DNA of 64,000 nt from an uncultured Methylobacterium sp. Lineage in GTDB: Bacteria > Pseudomonadota > Alphaproteobacteria > Rhizobiales > Beijerinckiaceae. The position numbers and the translations under genes were made by a program. The notes below the pieces were generated by a model, which did no database searches, was not told the DNA's origin, and saw only the letters and a list, made by a program, of their open reading frames with translations. Shown piece by piece: positions 1-9,082 of this stretch (position 1 is the first letter of the stretch; every line of letters starts with the position of its first letter). The stretch lies in assembly GCA_963990595.1 (NCBI GenBank), contig CAXDNE010000008.1, positions 370 to 64,369 on the forward strand. The letters run 5' to 3'.

Positions 1-16
1 GGGATCTCCTGATCGC

Positions 17-508
17 GTGATCCAGCTCCGCGTCACCGTAGACACCGCCGCGTTCCGACTGCAGGCCCAGGCCAAGTTCGCCGACGTCCGCAGCGCGCTC
101 GACGACGCGGTCCTCTACCTGGCGCGCTCGGCCCGGACGCGATTGGCCCAGGCCACGGCCGAGGCCTTCGACCGCCCGACGCCCTTCGCGGTGAACGCCT
201 TCTCGGCTCGCCTGAGAAAGGGCACGACGATGAAGCCTGCGGTTAGGGCTCGGGGTCGGTATCGCGGGCGTAGGTCGTTTGCGTCGTGGACTTGCTCATG
301 TCTGCCATCGTCGCGAGGCAGCTGGGCGCATCCGCGCGCCAGTCAGGCCTCGGGGGGTGTCGTGTCGATGGTGTGGGATGGCGCGCGGTGCACGGACGCG
401 ATCGGGATCGCCACCAATAGGCGGAATCGCCGAGGAGTCCGTTCTCAGGTTGAGGACAGGATCGTCATGGAATGGCCGTTAGGCTGGGCCCGAGCCGTCG
501 TCGCTTAA
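17..508 (+). pseudogene. Possible remnant of a phage-like protein; only the first ~70 aa look protein-like
   Basis: The N-terminal AFDRPTPFAVNAF motif resembles phage/prophage hypothetical proteins; the rest of the ORF reads like non-coding shadow translation. Confidence 0.3.
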
Positions 509-671
509 GGGCAAGGTTCAATCCGGCAATGGCCGGAGGCGTCGTCCCGATCAGCGGGGCGACGCGGAACAGATAAGGAACAATTCCGTCCGGGGTCAAC
601 GCCCTTCGTCGACTATTCGACAGGTCATCTCGCCCGCTGTGGAGAACTTTGCTCCGAGGCGTTTGGAGGAG

Positions 672-2909
672 TTAATCGTCGCCGGGCGCGATGGTGGGCG
701 TCGTGCCCGGCGAGGCTGCATCGATCAGCCGGCGCACCTGACGAACAAACCGCTCGGCATCGGATTTGTCGTCCTCAGGGACACGGTCGTTCGCAAGGTG
801 CTCAGCGACGGCATCGGCCAGCGCCGACGCATCGAACACATCCCGGTCCGGTAGCCTATCGAGATCCCGGTAGTTGTAGGGCGGCGCGCTTGAAGTGACG
901 CGTCCCATCTGGGCGAAGGCGAGATCCACCGCGGCGATCGCATCGGGCAAACGCGTCGCTGCCCAGGACGAGGGGCCGGTCGCTCCGGCGAAGGTTGCCC
1001 AGACCTTGAGGGTCAGCCCGATCATCGGTTTGGTTTCGAGCGTACCCGTCTCGGCGGCCCGATTGATGCGTTCGGCCACGGCAGTCCCGAGGAGGTCGAT
1101 TTCGGAACGGGTCAGCAGCGGCGGATCCCTCGGCTCATGGCTGCCCCAGACGACTTGGTGGTCGCGACCGATGACAGCCACGAGCAGCGCCGAGGCATGG
1201 ACCCCCGTCGTTGGCTGGGCAGCGATCTCAAGGAGCGCTTCCAGGCGCTGGGTTTCCGGGATGCGTTCGACGGCGAGGATGATGAAGCTGTCGAGCCGGT
1301 CCGCGTTGCCGACCTTGAAAAAGTCGGAGACCTCGTCGCGCACCCTCATCATGTCTTCCGCGAACTCCAGGACGACGCCGATCAGGCACGGTTCGGCCGC
1401 GGCACCGTCCGCCAGCATCCCGGAGATCTCTTCGAGCAGCGGTGCGGCAAACGATATGTCGTCCGATCGCCGTCGCGCGAACGCATCACGGAACGCGTTC
1501 CGGATGAGCTCGGGGTCCCCCAATCCCTCGCGGATGCGCCGCAACTCGCTGGCGAGGATCTCGTCGAGGGGCGCCGAGAAGCGGAAGTAGGCGTCGAAGC
1601 CGTGAGGCGATCCGATGCGTCGGCCCGAGGTCGCGGGGACCCGCGAGCGATATACGAGGTGGCGGGGTCTCAGGCGCTCTTGGATGGCGGGGAGCATGCG
1701 GCAGAGCAGATCCACGACCTCGTCGCGGCCATTCGGCGATATGCTCTCGGTGATCAATCGTCCGAGTGCCTTCTCCGCCTCCTCGCCCATGAACGTGGCC
1801 TCGCCCGTGACGAAGCTCCGATTGTCCCGGATGAGGGCGTAGGTGCGAGGCTCGAAGTGCCGAAGCATCTCGACCGCCACGAGATCCGGCACGTACGCCT
1901 CACCGGCTACGGCCGGCCAGGCGACCGAGAGGGCGTTGCAGAGGCGGGTCACGTCGCGCGGTGAGATGAGGTAGCGTTTGAACGCGAGGCGAGCCACGGC
2001 GCCCCAGTCCTCCTGCTCCATCGGCGGGTTCGGCCCGACGATCGCCGTCAGCCGGTCGAAGGTCAGTTTGCGTAGGCCGGTAGGCCCGGGGGGCGGGAGG
2101 TCGAGTTCGACCTGCACGATCTTTTCGAGATAGGTCGGCAGGCGGCGCTCTTGGTCGCCTTGCGAGGGGGCCGCGCCGAGGGCCCTGTCGACGATCGTCC
2201 GGTCGTAGACGAGCAGGTGGATGACGTTCGGCAGGTTGCCGAAGGTCTTCACCAGCGTGAGGACTTGGCGCACTTCCTCGGGCTGCAGCCGATCGAGGTC
2301 GTCGATGATGACGAGGATCTTCGTCTCGATCCGGCCGAGTTGCGTCCGCAGATCGCCGATCCTGTCGTCCAGCGAGCGGGCCTGGAGACGATCCGCCCCG
2401 TAGTTGAGGGCGCCGGTCACGACCGATTTGAGGGCCGCGGCTCCCGGCGCCGCCGCCCCACCGCTCAACGCCACAGCGCCGACCGCGACGGCCCCGCCGA
2501 CCATCTCCGCGCCCCCACGGATCAGGCCTTCGAGGAAGCGCCGTGTACCTTCCGGTGCGCCCTCTCCCAACGTCTCGTCGATGACCCGCGCCAATTCGGA
2601 GACGTAGGCGGCTGCGAGGGTTTCCAGTCCTGAGAAGAGCCAAGGATTGAAGGGGCGGATCTTGAGCCGTCGCTCATCGGGAACGTCGGCTTCAAGCTCC
2701 CGGATCGCCTCCAGCGTCAGGTTGATGGCGCTGCTCTTACCCATGCCCCACTGCGCCTGCACGCCGATGACGAAGCCGTCGATCGGTGCGCGCTGGACGA
2801 TGCTTCGTGCCAACGCCTCGGCGAAGGCCTGGTAGTGCAGGCGATCCTCCCCCTTCGTCGAGATCGGCCGGTCTGCGGCGAGCTGAGCCGTGGCAACGTG
2901 ATCGGTCAT
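672..2909 (-). CDS. KAP family P-loop NTPase with long C-terminal extension
   Basis: N-terminal D-x-L (EDRLHYQAFA), Walker A QWGMGKSS, FNPWLFS, hydrophobic insert GGAVAVGAVALSGG, Walker B IIDDLDRL, YLEKIVQ and PRDVTRL: the KAP motif order. Alternative GTG start at 2930. Confidence 0.9.
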   Translation of the reverse strand: MTDHVATAQLAADRPISTKGEDRLHYQAFAEALARSIVQRAPIDGFVIGVQAQWGMGKSSAINLTLEAIRELEADVPDERRLKIRPFNPWLFSGLETLAAAYVSELARVIDETLGEGAPEGTRRFLEGLIRGGAEMVGGAVAVGAVALSGGAAAPGAAALKSVVTGALNYGADRLQARSLDDRIGDLRTQLGRIETKILVIIDDLDRLQPEEVRQVLTLVKTFGNLPNVIHLLVYDRTIVDRALGAAPSQGDQERRLPTYLEKIVQVELDLPPPGPTGLRKLTFDRLTAIVGPNPPMEQEDWGAVARLAFKRYLISPRDVTRLCNALSVAWPAVAGEAYVPDLVAVEMLRHFEPRTYALIRDNRSFVTGEATFMGEEAEKALGRLITESISPNGRDEVVDLLCRMLPAIQERLRPRHLVYRSRVPATSGRRIGSPHGFDAYFRFSAPLDEILASELRRIREGLGDPELIRNAFRDAFARRRSDDISFAAPLLEEISGMLADGAAAEPCLIGVVLEFAEDMMRVRDEVSDFFKVGNADRLDSFIILAVERIPETQRLEALLEIAAQPTTGVHASALLVAVIGRDHQVVWGSHEPRDPPLLTRSEIDLLGTAVAERINRAAETGTLETKPMIGLTLKVWATFAGATGPSSWAATRLPDAIAAVDLAFAQMGRVTSSAPPYNYRDLDRLPDRDVFDASALADAVAEHLANDRVPEDDKSDAERFVRQVRRLIDAASPGTTPTIAPGDD

Positions 2910-3082
2910 GTCGTCTCGCTTCGGCTTCACATTGCGGTCGAAAGGAGTAGGGGAGCAGGCTCTCCGCCGGCCGTGTTAGGGTCGGATCACGACGTCTTGC
3001 GCCCCACGGGGCGATAGGATCGAGGGAGGCCCGGCTCCCATCGACCCTCGCCGGTCGAATGGCCCGATCACGGATCTCGCGA

Positions 3083-3424
3083 TCAGCACCAGTCGACCTT
3101 GCCCCTGCGGAGCCAGAAATGGCTTTTGCAACCAACCTTGCGCCAGACGCTTGGCGCAAGGGATGCGGTGCCATCCCAGTGCTCTTTCAATCTCCAGCCC
3201 GGTCGGTCTCCAGGGATGAGAGAGAGTTTGATGGTCTCACCGCACCCGCAGGGGCAATCGAAGGCGGCGAACCACCGATGGCCGTCCTCGCCCACGACGT
3301 AGACGGTGCGAGGCGTGAGGGCGTCGGGCTCCTCCTCGACGAAGGCGGCGGTGTGTCGCCCGCGGCGGCGGGAGACCCAACGCAGGGCCCCCCGCAGTTT
3401 CATGAGGATGGGCCCCGTCATCAC
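3083..3424 (-). CDS. DUF6527-like small Cys/His protein (typical partner of prokaryotic E1/E2/JAB operons)
   Basis: Motifs CPCGCG, SLAPSVW and GCKSHFW, with terminal WC. The start overlaps the stop of the JAB-E1 gene. Confidence 0.8.
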   Translation of the reverse strand: MMTGPILMKLRGALRWVSRRRGRHTAAFVEEEPDALTPRTVYVVGEDGHRWFAAFDCPCGCGETIKLSLIPGDRPGWRLKEHWDGTASLAPSVWRKVGCKSHFWLRRGKVDWC

Positions 3425-4815
3425 GCGGCCCTCGCGAGCATGTCGAGATGGGGCCGATTGAGGAACGGGACCATGTCGCCCCGACCGACGTACCGGGCCA
3501 GCGCCTCGTCGACGCCCACGTCTGGCAAGTTCTCCCAGTATCCGGCCGTCAGGCTGAACGTCTGTGTCGCGAACCCGCCGTTCGGTTCGAGCCGCGACGG
3601 ATGCAGCCTGAGCAGGAACTCCATGACGGCAAGGCTGGAGAAGAGCCCATTCAACGCCCCCACGGCCGGCCGGTCCTCCGGAACCCCGCGGATGTAGCCG
3701 CGGGCGAGCCTGTCCTCGTAGGCCGCCGGATCCTGCCGGCGGAGGCTCTCGGCCTCCAGCATGCCATCCGTGTAAAGACCGCGCCCACGCAAGCTGGAAC
3801 GACCGGGCTGGAGGTAGTGGACCGAGCCGCAGATCTGCTTGACCCCGCCGTGCCCGTCGGCGTCGAGCATCACGCCGACATCGAAGTAGGCCAAGCCGTA
3901 GAAGGCAGTGAGCCGCCCCAGAAGATCACGGCCTTCGACGCCGTCCATGCAGCCGAAGACGATGTCGCAGGTCGAGACCGACTGCAGAGCTGCGGGGTGG
4001 GAGAGGTCGTGCGGGAACGCCTCCACGCGTGAGCCGAGGCCGAGCCGGTCCACGAAATCGGCGAGCACCTCGACCTTGGGCCGTCCAATATCGGCCCACG
4101 TGGTGTTCACGATACGGTTGAGGTTCTTCTCCTCGACCTTGTCCGGGTCGACGAGCACGATTTGGCCTACACCGAGGCGGGCAACCTGGTCGACGAGGGG
4201 GCCCCCGGTGCCGGAGCAGCCGACGATTCCGACCCGCAGCCCGCGGACGGTCTCGAAGGTCCCGCGTCCGAAGGCTTGGGCGTGCCGCTTGGCGAATTCG
4301 GGGACCTGCTGATCCTCGCTTGTCGGCGGCCTCCAGAGCCGGATGTCGTCGCCGACCAGGCAGACGTGGTGCAGTTCGCCGTGCTTCCCGTCGGCATGAT
4401 GGGCGCGGGCCAGCACGGCGCCGGATGGCACCATGATGGCGCTGAGGTGCGGGGCGCCGTCGTCGACCCAGGCGTGGATGCTGCCGAACAAGGCGTCGTC
4501 GGCCGCGTCATCGACCTCGCTGAACTGGAGGTTCCCGCCGGGGTGGGAGTGGATCTTCGCCACCGCCATCCCACGCCGCGCCGCCTTTTCCAGCAGGGGT
4601 TCAAGGAAGGAGGTCGGCCAGGTCACGCGCCGATCGGTCCGCTGGCAGGCGTCGTGGGGGACCGGCACGATCTCGTGGACGACGAGCTTGGCGCAGCCTG
4701 GCGACGCGGCCCGGCCGCACAGCATCAGGGCGACGGCCTCGCGGCCGTCACCCGGGAACAGATGGGAGTGGATCGCAGCGTGCTGGGCTGCGGTAAGGGC
4801 GAGCGTGACGCGCAT
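3421..4815 (-). CDS. JAB/MPN peptidase fused to ThiF/E1-like adenylating enzyme (464 aa)
   Basis: True start MRVTLAL at 4815 (TGATG overlap with the upstream gene). JAB motif E...HSHPGGNLQFSEVD; E1 motifs VGIVGCSGTGG, DPDKVEEKNLNR, GRPKV and FGCMD. Confidence 0.9.
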   Translation of the reverse strand: MRVTLALTAAQHAAIHSHLFPGDGREAVALMLCGRAASPGCAKLVVHEIVPVPHDACQRTDRRVTWPTSFLEPLLEKAARRGMAVAKIHSHPGGNLQFSEVDDAADDALFGSIHAWVDDGAPHLSAIMVPSGAVLARAHHADGKHGELHHVCLVGDDIRLWRPPTSEDQQVPEFAKRHAQAFGRGTFETVRGLRVGIVGCSGTGGPLVDQVARLGVGQIVLVDPDKVEEKNLNRIVNTTWADIGRPKVEVLADFVDRLGLGSRVEAFPHDLSHPAALQSVSTCDIVFGCMDGVEGRDLLGRLTAFYGLAYFDVGVMLDADGHGGVKQICGSVHYLQPGRSSLRGRGLYTDGMLEAESLRRQDPAAYEDRLARGYIRGVPEDRPAVGALNGLFSSLAVMEFLLRLHPSRLEPNGGFATQTFSLTAGYWENLPDVGVDEALARYVGRGDMVPFLNRPHLDMLARAA

Positions 4816-5510
4816 CAGGCGGCCCCCACTTCCTTGGCGAGGTTGTGCTCGACCACGGCGAGGTGCGTGCCGATGTCGTCGATGTCGGGCCGCCACGGGT
4901 TCAGGCCGGTGCGGTGCCGCGACCAGCCCTGCCAGTGCTTGCCCTCGAAGTTGTCGCCGACGAGCGCCCGGATCTGCGCGCCGTCCGTCCGGGCCAGGGG
5001 CGGGTGGAAGTACCACATGTCGATCTGCGAGGTCGGATACCCCGGCAGGAGCCGCATCATCAGGTCGGTCCGTTCCGGCGCGTAGCCGGCCCGGACGGGG
5101 TAGCCGCGGATGACGACGCGGGGGACGCCCGACTCCTGGACGGTCTCCCAGCGCAGGCCCAAGGCGTCGAGGGTCTCGCGGTCGCCCTCCGGCAGGACGA
5201 AGTCCCGGCGCGGGGGGAGCGCCTGCTCCCCCTCGGTCTGGTCCAGCGGCAGGGTGATGAAGCGCTCCTCGCCCTGGTCGCTGACATGGACCACCTCGTC
5301 GAGGCCGATCGGCTTCATCGTGGCGCCGATCTTCTGGAGGAGCTTGTAGCGCTCCGGGTACTCCTTGCCGGCGATGACGAGGAGGTCGCGGCCGGTCAGG
5401 TCCGGCAGCGCGTTCTCGTACTCCGTCTTGTCGATGCGGAAGCGGTAGACCCGGATCTTGCGGGTGCCGTCCTCGTCGTCGTGGTCGTTGGTGTGGCCGT
5501 TGGTCGTCAT
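4815..5510 (-). CDS. Ubiquitin-like (multi-ubiquitin type) domain fused to prokaryotic E2/UBC family E domain
   Basis: aa ~20-94 look beta-grasp-like (FRID...LTGRDLL...IGLDEVV...ERFIT) and end in QTEG94. The C-terminal part has PGYPTSQIDMWYFHPPL and WQGWSRH, typical of family-E prokaryotic E2. AGGAG RBS upstream. Confidence 0.82.
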   Translation of the reverse strand: MTTNGHTNDHDDEDGTRKIRVYRFRIDKTEYENALPDLTGRDLLVIAGKEYPERYKLLQKIGATMKPIGLDEVVHVSDQGEERFITLPLDQTEGEQALPPRRDFVLPEGDRETLDALGLRWETVQESGVPRVVIRGYPVRAGYAPERTDLMMRLLPGYPTSQIDMWYFHPPLARTDGAQIRALVGDNFEGKHWQGWSRHRTGLNPWRPDIDDIGTHLAVVEHNLAKEVGAA

Positions 5511-5653
5511 GACCGCTCCTTTCGTTCTCTCGTTGGATCCGGTGCTTCCCGCACCGTCGAGAGGTTGATCGAAAGGGACCGGCGCACCCGGAAACGGTCG
5601 CGCTCACTTTTTTTACAGGATCGATCTCGGCCTTCCCGCGGGCTTGCCGAACC

Positions 5654-8600
5654 TCAACGCTCCCTGGACAGCGGGTGCCGCACGAAGGCGCCGCCTGCCG
5701 GCAGACCGGGGCAAGCGAAGAGGTGTGGGCAGCGAAGGCAGCCACGGCCAGGATTGGGAGCGAAGTGGCCGCCGCCGATGTCGGCCATGTGCTGGGCGAC
5801 GGCGGCGACAAGCTCGGCCCGCTTGTCAGCCGCGACCGCCCGGCGGGTCGAGCCAGTCAGGTGGATCGCCTCGACGGTCACGGGCTCGCCGAAAGCCTGT
5901 TCTGCGGCGGCATCGAGGATCGCGTACTCGAATTCCTTTTCCAGAGAGGCCATGGCTCTGCGCGTGGCGATCCGCCTCACGATCAACCGGCCGTCTCGGG
6001 TGCGCACCACGTCGTGCGCCCGGGAGAGAATGTGTCCGCCGCCGGCAGCCAGACGCAAGGCCCTGGGCGCCTGCCGGCCTTCCTCGTCGCGCGTGCCTAC
6101 GAGAAATCTCAACATCTCCTCGGCGATCCGCCTGTATGCGTTGGCGTGGCCGTGGTCGGCCGGCCCGTGCTTTTCCCAGGCACCCTCGAACGCCGCCGCA
6201 AAACCCGCCGGCTCCGCCTGGGCGGCGTCGAAGTTCCGATCGAGCCAATCGATCATCGCCCGGACTGCGTTGTGCATCCGGATGTACGGGTTCTCGTCGC
6301 GGCGGCCGCCGAGGCTGAGGACGTAGGTGTATAGGAAGCGTAATCCGCACTTCCCGTAGGCATCGAGATGCTGGTGGTCGAGCTCGACCGGAACGCTCCA
6401 GGCGACCGGCACCGGCACGGGGGCAGCCGCCATGGGTGGTGCCGGGAGTGGGGGGATCGGACGTGTCGGGCCCAGCGTGGCGGCGATGCGTGCGTTGTAA
6501 GCGGAAGGGTTCCGCCGCCGCGCGCCACCCTTTTGCATCGTGGAGCGGTACAGGCGCAGGCCGTCTCGCGCGCGGGAAAGAAGCACGAAGAACAGACAGG
6601 CTTCCTGCTCGTCGTGGCCTGCCATGCACGCCTGGAGACCGGTCATGCCCACGCTGCCGGCGATGAGGCCGTCCGGCGGTGGGCAATCCGGCGCCTTCGC
6701 GCTACGGGGCAGTCCCGTGGCGATCATGCCCGGGGCATGCACGAGGTCGAATTCGAGCCCCTTGCTTCCATGGATCGTCATCAGCCGGACGGCATCGAGT
6801 TCCAGGGCTGCGTCCGGGAATTGCCGCAGCGAGCGCTCTTCGTTCAGCCGGATCAACCTCCTGATCTGACGAGTGACCTCGAAGGTCGGGAATTGCCCTT
6901 CAATCGGCAGGGACCGAAGGAAGTTGAGGAATTGCCAGACCGCGACGCCGGCCATCCGGTCGCCCAGCGTGGCGGCCCCCCCGATGCGTCTGGCGATCCC
7001 GAGCCTGTCGAGCACCAGGGCGCTCGCGATATTCCAGGGATGGGCGCGGGGCTCGAAGCCAGCGCAGGCTTCTCGGAGCCGCCGCAGGGATTCCTGCCCT
7101 TGCCGGCTCAGGCCGGGGATCTCGTCCGCCCCCTCCAGCCATGCCAGCGGATCGGTGGCCGCATCCCTGAGATGGGCCGCGACCAAGGCAACGTCGCCGA
7201 GCCCCATCCCGACTTCCGGGATCATGGCGACCCGTACCAGCGTCGCGGCGCGAGGGTCGTGGAACAGGGCGAGCAGGCTGAGCAGATCCTTGATCTCGGG
7301 CCGCTCGAAGAGGGGCCCGAGGTAGAGGACGGGGATGTTCCGAGCCGCCAGGCCGCCGGCGAAGGCAGCGAGCCGGTCGTTGGCCGTGCAGAGGACAGCT
7401 TGGTCGCGAAAGGCGATCCCCTCGGCGTTTGCCTCGGCGATTGAAGCGGCGACCAGAGCGATCTCGTCGTCGGGCGTTCCCGCCTCGTGAAGGACCGGTC
7501 GTTCGCCGCACCTCCCTCGATCGGGGGTAAGACGGAGGTCGCCAATGCGCCTAAAGGCCTCGACGCTCGAAGCGAAGGCCGAGAAGGTGTCGATGATCTC
7601 GCCGCGCGAACGATAGTTGACGGTCAGCGCGCCGTCCGTCGCGGTGGGGTAATCTTCCTTGAAAGCCCCCATACTTGCCGAGGTCGCGCCCCGGAAGCGG
7701 TAGATCGACTGGCGGGCATCGCCCACGACCCAGAGACGTTCACCGCCGTCCGCGGCGAGCGCACCGATCAGGCGGACGGTGGCGAAATTCACATCCTGGT
7801 ATTCGTCGACGAGGATGTGACGGTGCCGGAGCGCCAGCGCCTTGGCCACCTCGGGATGGTCCGCCATCAAGCGCACCGGCTTCATGATGAGATCGCCGAA
7901 GTCCAGGGTGTCATTGTCCGCGAGGAGCCGTTCGTAGGCTGCGTAGACCATCGCCTCCTCCGTCGCGCGCTTCGCCCGTAGGCGCGTCGCCTCGTCGGTC
8001 GCGGCACGGCCCATAGCCTCCGCGAGTTCGGCGTAACGAACGTGGTCGACGAGTTCGTCCTTCGCCCGCGAGATGGCAGCGAGGATGTCCGCGAGGTTGT
8101 CCTCGGGATCCCAGAGATCCCGGTAGTGATCCAATGGGAGGGCCGGGATGATCTCCTCAAGCATCGTGATGGCCGTGGCCTTGTCGACGAGGCGCGGGCT
8201 CGGGGGAAGCTTGAGACGGTCATGGAAGCGACGGACGATATCCAGGCCGAAGGCGTGGAAGGTACCGATCCAGACGGAAGCGGCCGCCTCGGGGTGTGAA
8301 AGGGCGAGCCGGTCCATCAGCTCGCCTGCCGCCTTGTTCGAGAATGTCAGGACGAGAATGCCGTTCGGGTCCACGCCCTCGTCGATGAGGCTCGTGACCC
8401 GGCGGATCAGGGTCCTGGTCTTACCAGTGCCGGGGCCGGCCTGGAGGAGATAGGGGCTGCCGCGGTGCGCGACGGCGACGTCCTGGCTTGGATCGGGTCG
8501 AAGCGCCCCGCCGGCGGGAGCGGCGACCGCCTCAGGAACCGGCGGCAGCAGGAGGGCATCGAGCAGTTGTTGCGTGACGACGTCCTCCCGGATCCCGAGC

Positions 8601-9082
8601 CGGGCGGCGATATCCGCTACGCTCATGCCCGCGGCATGGTGCTCGCGCACGACGAAGCGTGGCAACACGAGCTCGCGGGCGAAGAGATCCGCTTGGACTT
8701 CCCGCCGTTCGCCTCGCCCGTAATCGACGAGTCTCTCGACGGCGGAACCGCTCTCCGCCGAACGGCTGGGATCAGTGTGGTAGGTGAGAACCGGCACCGC
8801 GCACCCGTGCATCGCCACGTGGCCGAGTTCGTGCCCGATCAGGAGGGCGTCTTCTCCAGCCGATCCCGTCTCGCCGTAGAGGATACCTTTCGTCTCGGGG
8901 TCGATGATCGCCTTGCACCCGCGCAGCGAGACGTCGCCCGCCTGTGCAGGTTGATGCCAGAGGTCGTAGGTCGGGAGGGCCCGCACGACGACGTCGTAAG
9001 GCTGCCAAGGGTCGCCGCCGCTGGCGACGACCTCCCGGTGGATACGTTCAGCCCTCTTTCTTGCGGCCTCAATCGGATCCAC
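5654..9082 (-). CDS. ImmA/IrrE-type metallopeptidase fused to UvrD/PcrA-like SF1 helicase and a C-terminal PD-(D/E)XK-like (AddB/Cas4-like) domain
   Basis: N-terminal GHELGH and EVQADLFARELVLP; helicase motifs AGPGTGKT, DEYQD, GDARQSIYRFRGA, LMTIHGSKGLEF and VLLSRAR; C-terminal YGKC...CLRCPHLFAC four-Cys pattern. Confidence 0.88.
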   Translation of the reverse strand: MDPIEAARKRAERIHREVVASGGDPWQPYDVVVRALPTYDLWHQPAQAGDVSLRGCKAIIDPETKGILYGETGSAGEDALLIGHELGHVAMHGCAVPVLTYHTDPSRSAESGSAVERLVDYGRGERREVQADLFARELVLPRFVVREHHAAGMSVADIAARLGIREDVVTQQLLDALLLPPVPEAVAAPAGGALRPDPSQDVAVAHRGSPYLLQAGPGTGKTRTLIRRVTSLIDEGVDPNGILVLTFSNKAAGELMDRLALSHPEAAASVWIGTFHAFGLDIVRRFHDRLKLPPSPRLVDKATAITMLEEIIPALPLDHYRDLWDPEDNLADILAAISRAKDELVDHVRYAELAEAMGRAATDEATRLRAKRATEEAMVYAAYERLLADNDTLDFGDLIMKPVRLMADHPEVAKALALRHRHILVDEYQDVNFATVRLIGALAADGGERLWVVGDARQSIYRFRGATSASMGAFKEDYPTATDGALTVNYRSRGEIIDTFSAFASSVEAFRRIGDLRLTPDRGRCGERPVLHEAGTPDDEIALVAASIAEANAEGIAFRDQAVLCTANDRLAAFAGGLAARNIPVLYLGPLFERPEIKDLLSLLALFHDPRAATLVRVAMIPEVGMGLGDVALVAAHLRDAATDPLAWLEGADEIPGLSRQGQESLRRLREACAGFEPRAHPWNIASALVLDRLGIARRIGGAATLGDRMAGVAVWQFLNFLRSLPIEGQFPTFEVTRQIRRLIRLNEERSLRQFPDAALELDAVRLMTIHGSKGLEFDLVHAPGMIATGLPRSAKAPDCPPPDGLIAGSVGMTGLQACMAGHDEQEACLFFVLLSRARDGLRLYRSTMQKGGARRRNPSAYNARIAATLGPTRPIPPLPAPPMAAAPVPVPVAWSVPVELDHQHLDAYGKCGLRFLYTYVLSLGGRRDENPYIRMHNAVRAMIDWLDRNFDAAQAEPAGFAAAFEGAWEKHGPADHGHANAYRRIAEEMLRFLVGTRDEEGRQAPRALRLAAGGGHILSRAHDVVRTRDGRLIVRRIATRRAMASLEKEFEYAILDAAAEQAFGEPVTVEAIHLTGSTRRAVAADKRAELVAAVAQHMADIGGGHFAPNPGRGCLRCPHLFACPGLPAGGAFVRHPLSRER

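Noticed and set aside
3083-5510. Type II CBASS (Cap2/Cap3) interpretation of the E1/E2/JAB genes
   Set aside because: No CD-NTase or CBASS effector is present; the domain arrangement (Ubl::E2 and JAB::E1) differs from Cap2 (E2-E1) and Cap3.
4816-5811. N-terminal ~330 aa of the 796-aa ORF 3421-5811
   Set aside because: Arg/Pro-rich shadow frame overlapping the real Ubl::E2 gene; the JAB-E1 protein starts at 4815 with a TGATG coupling.
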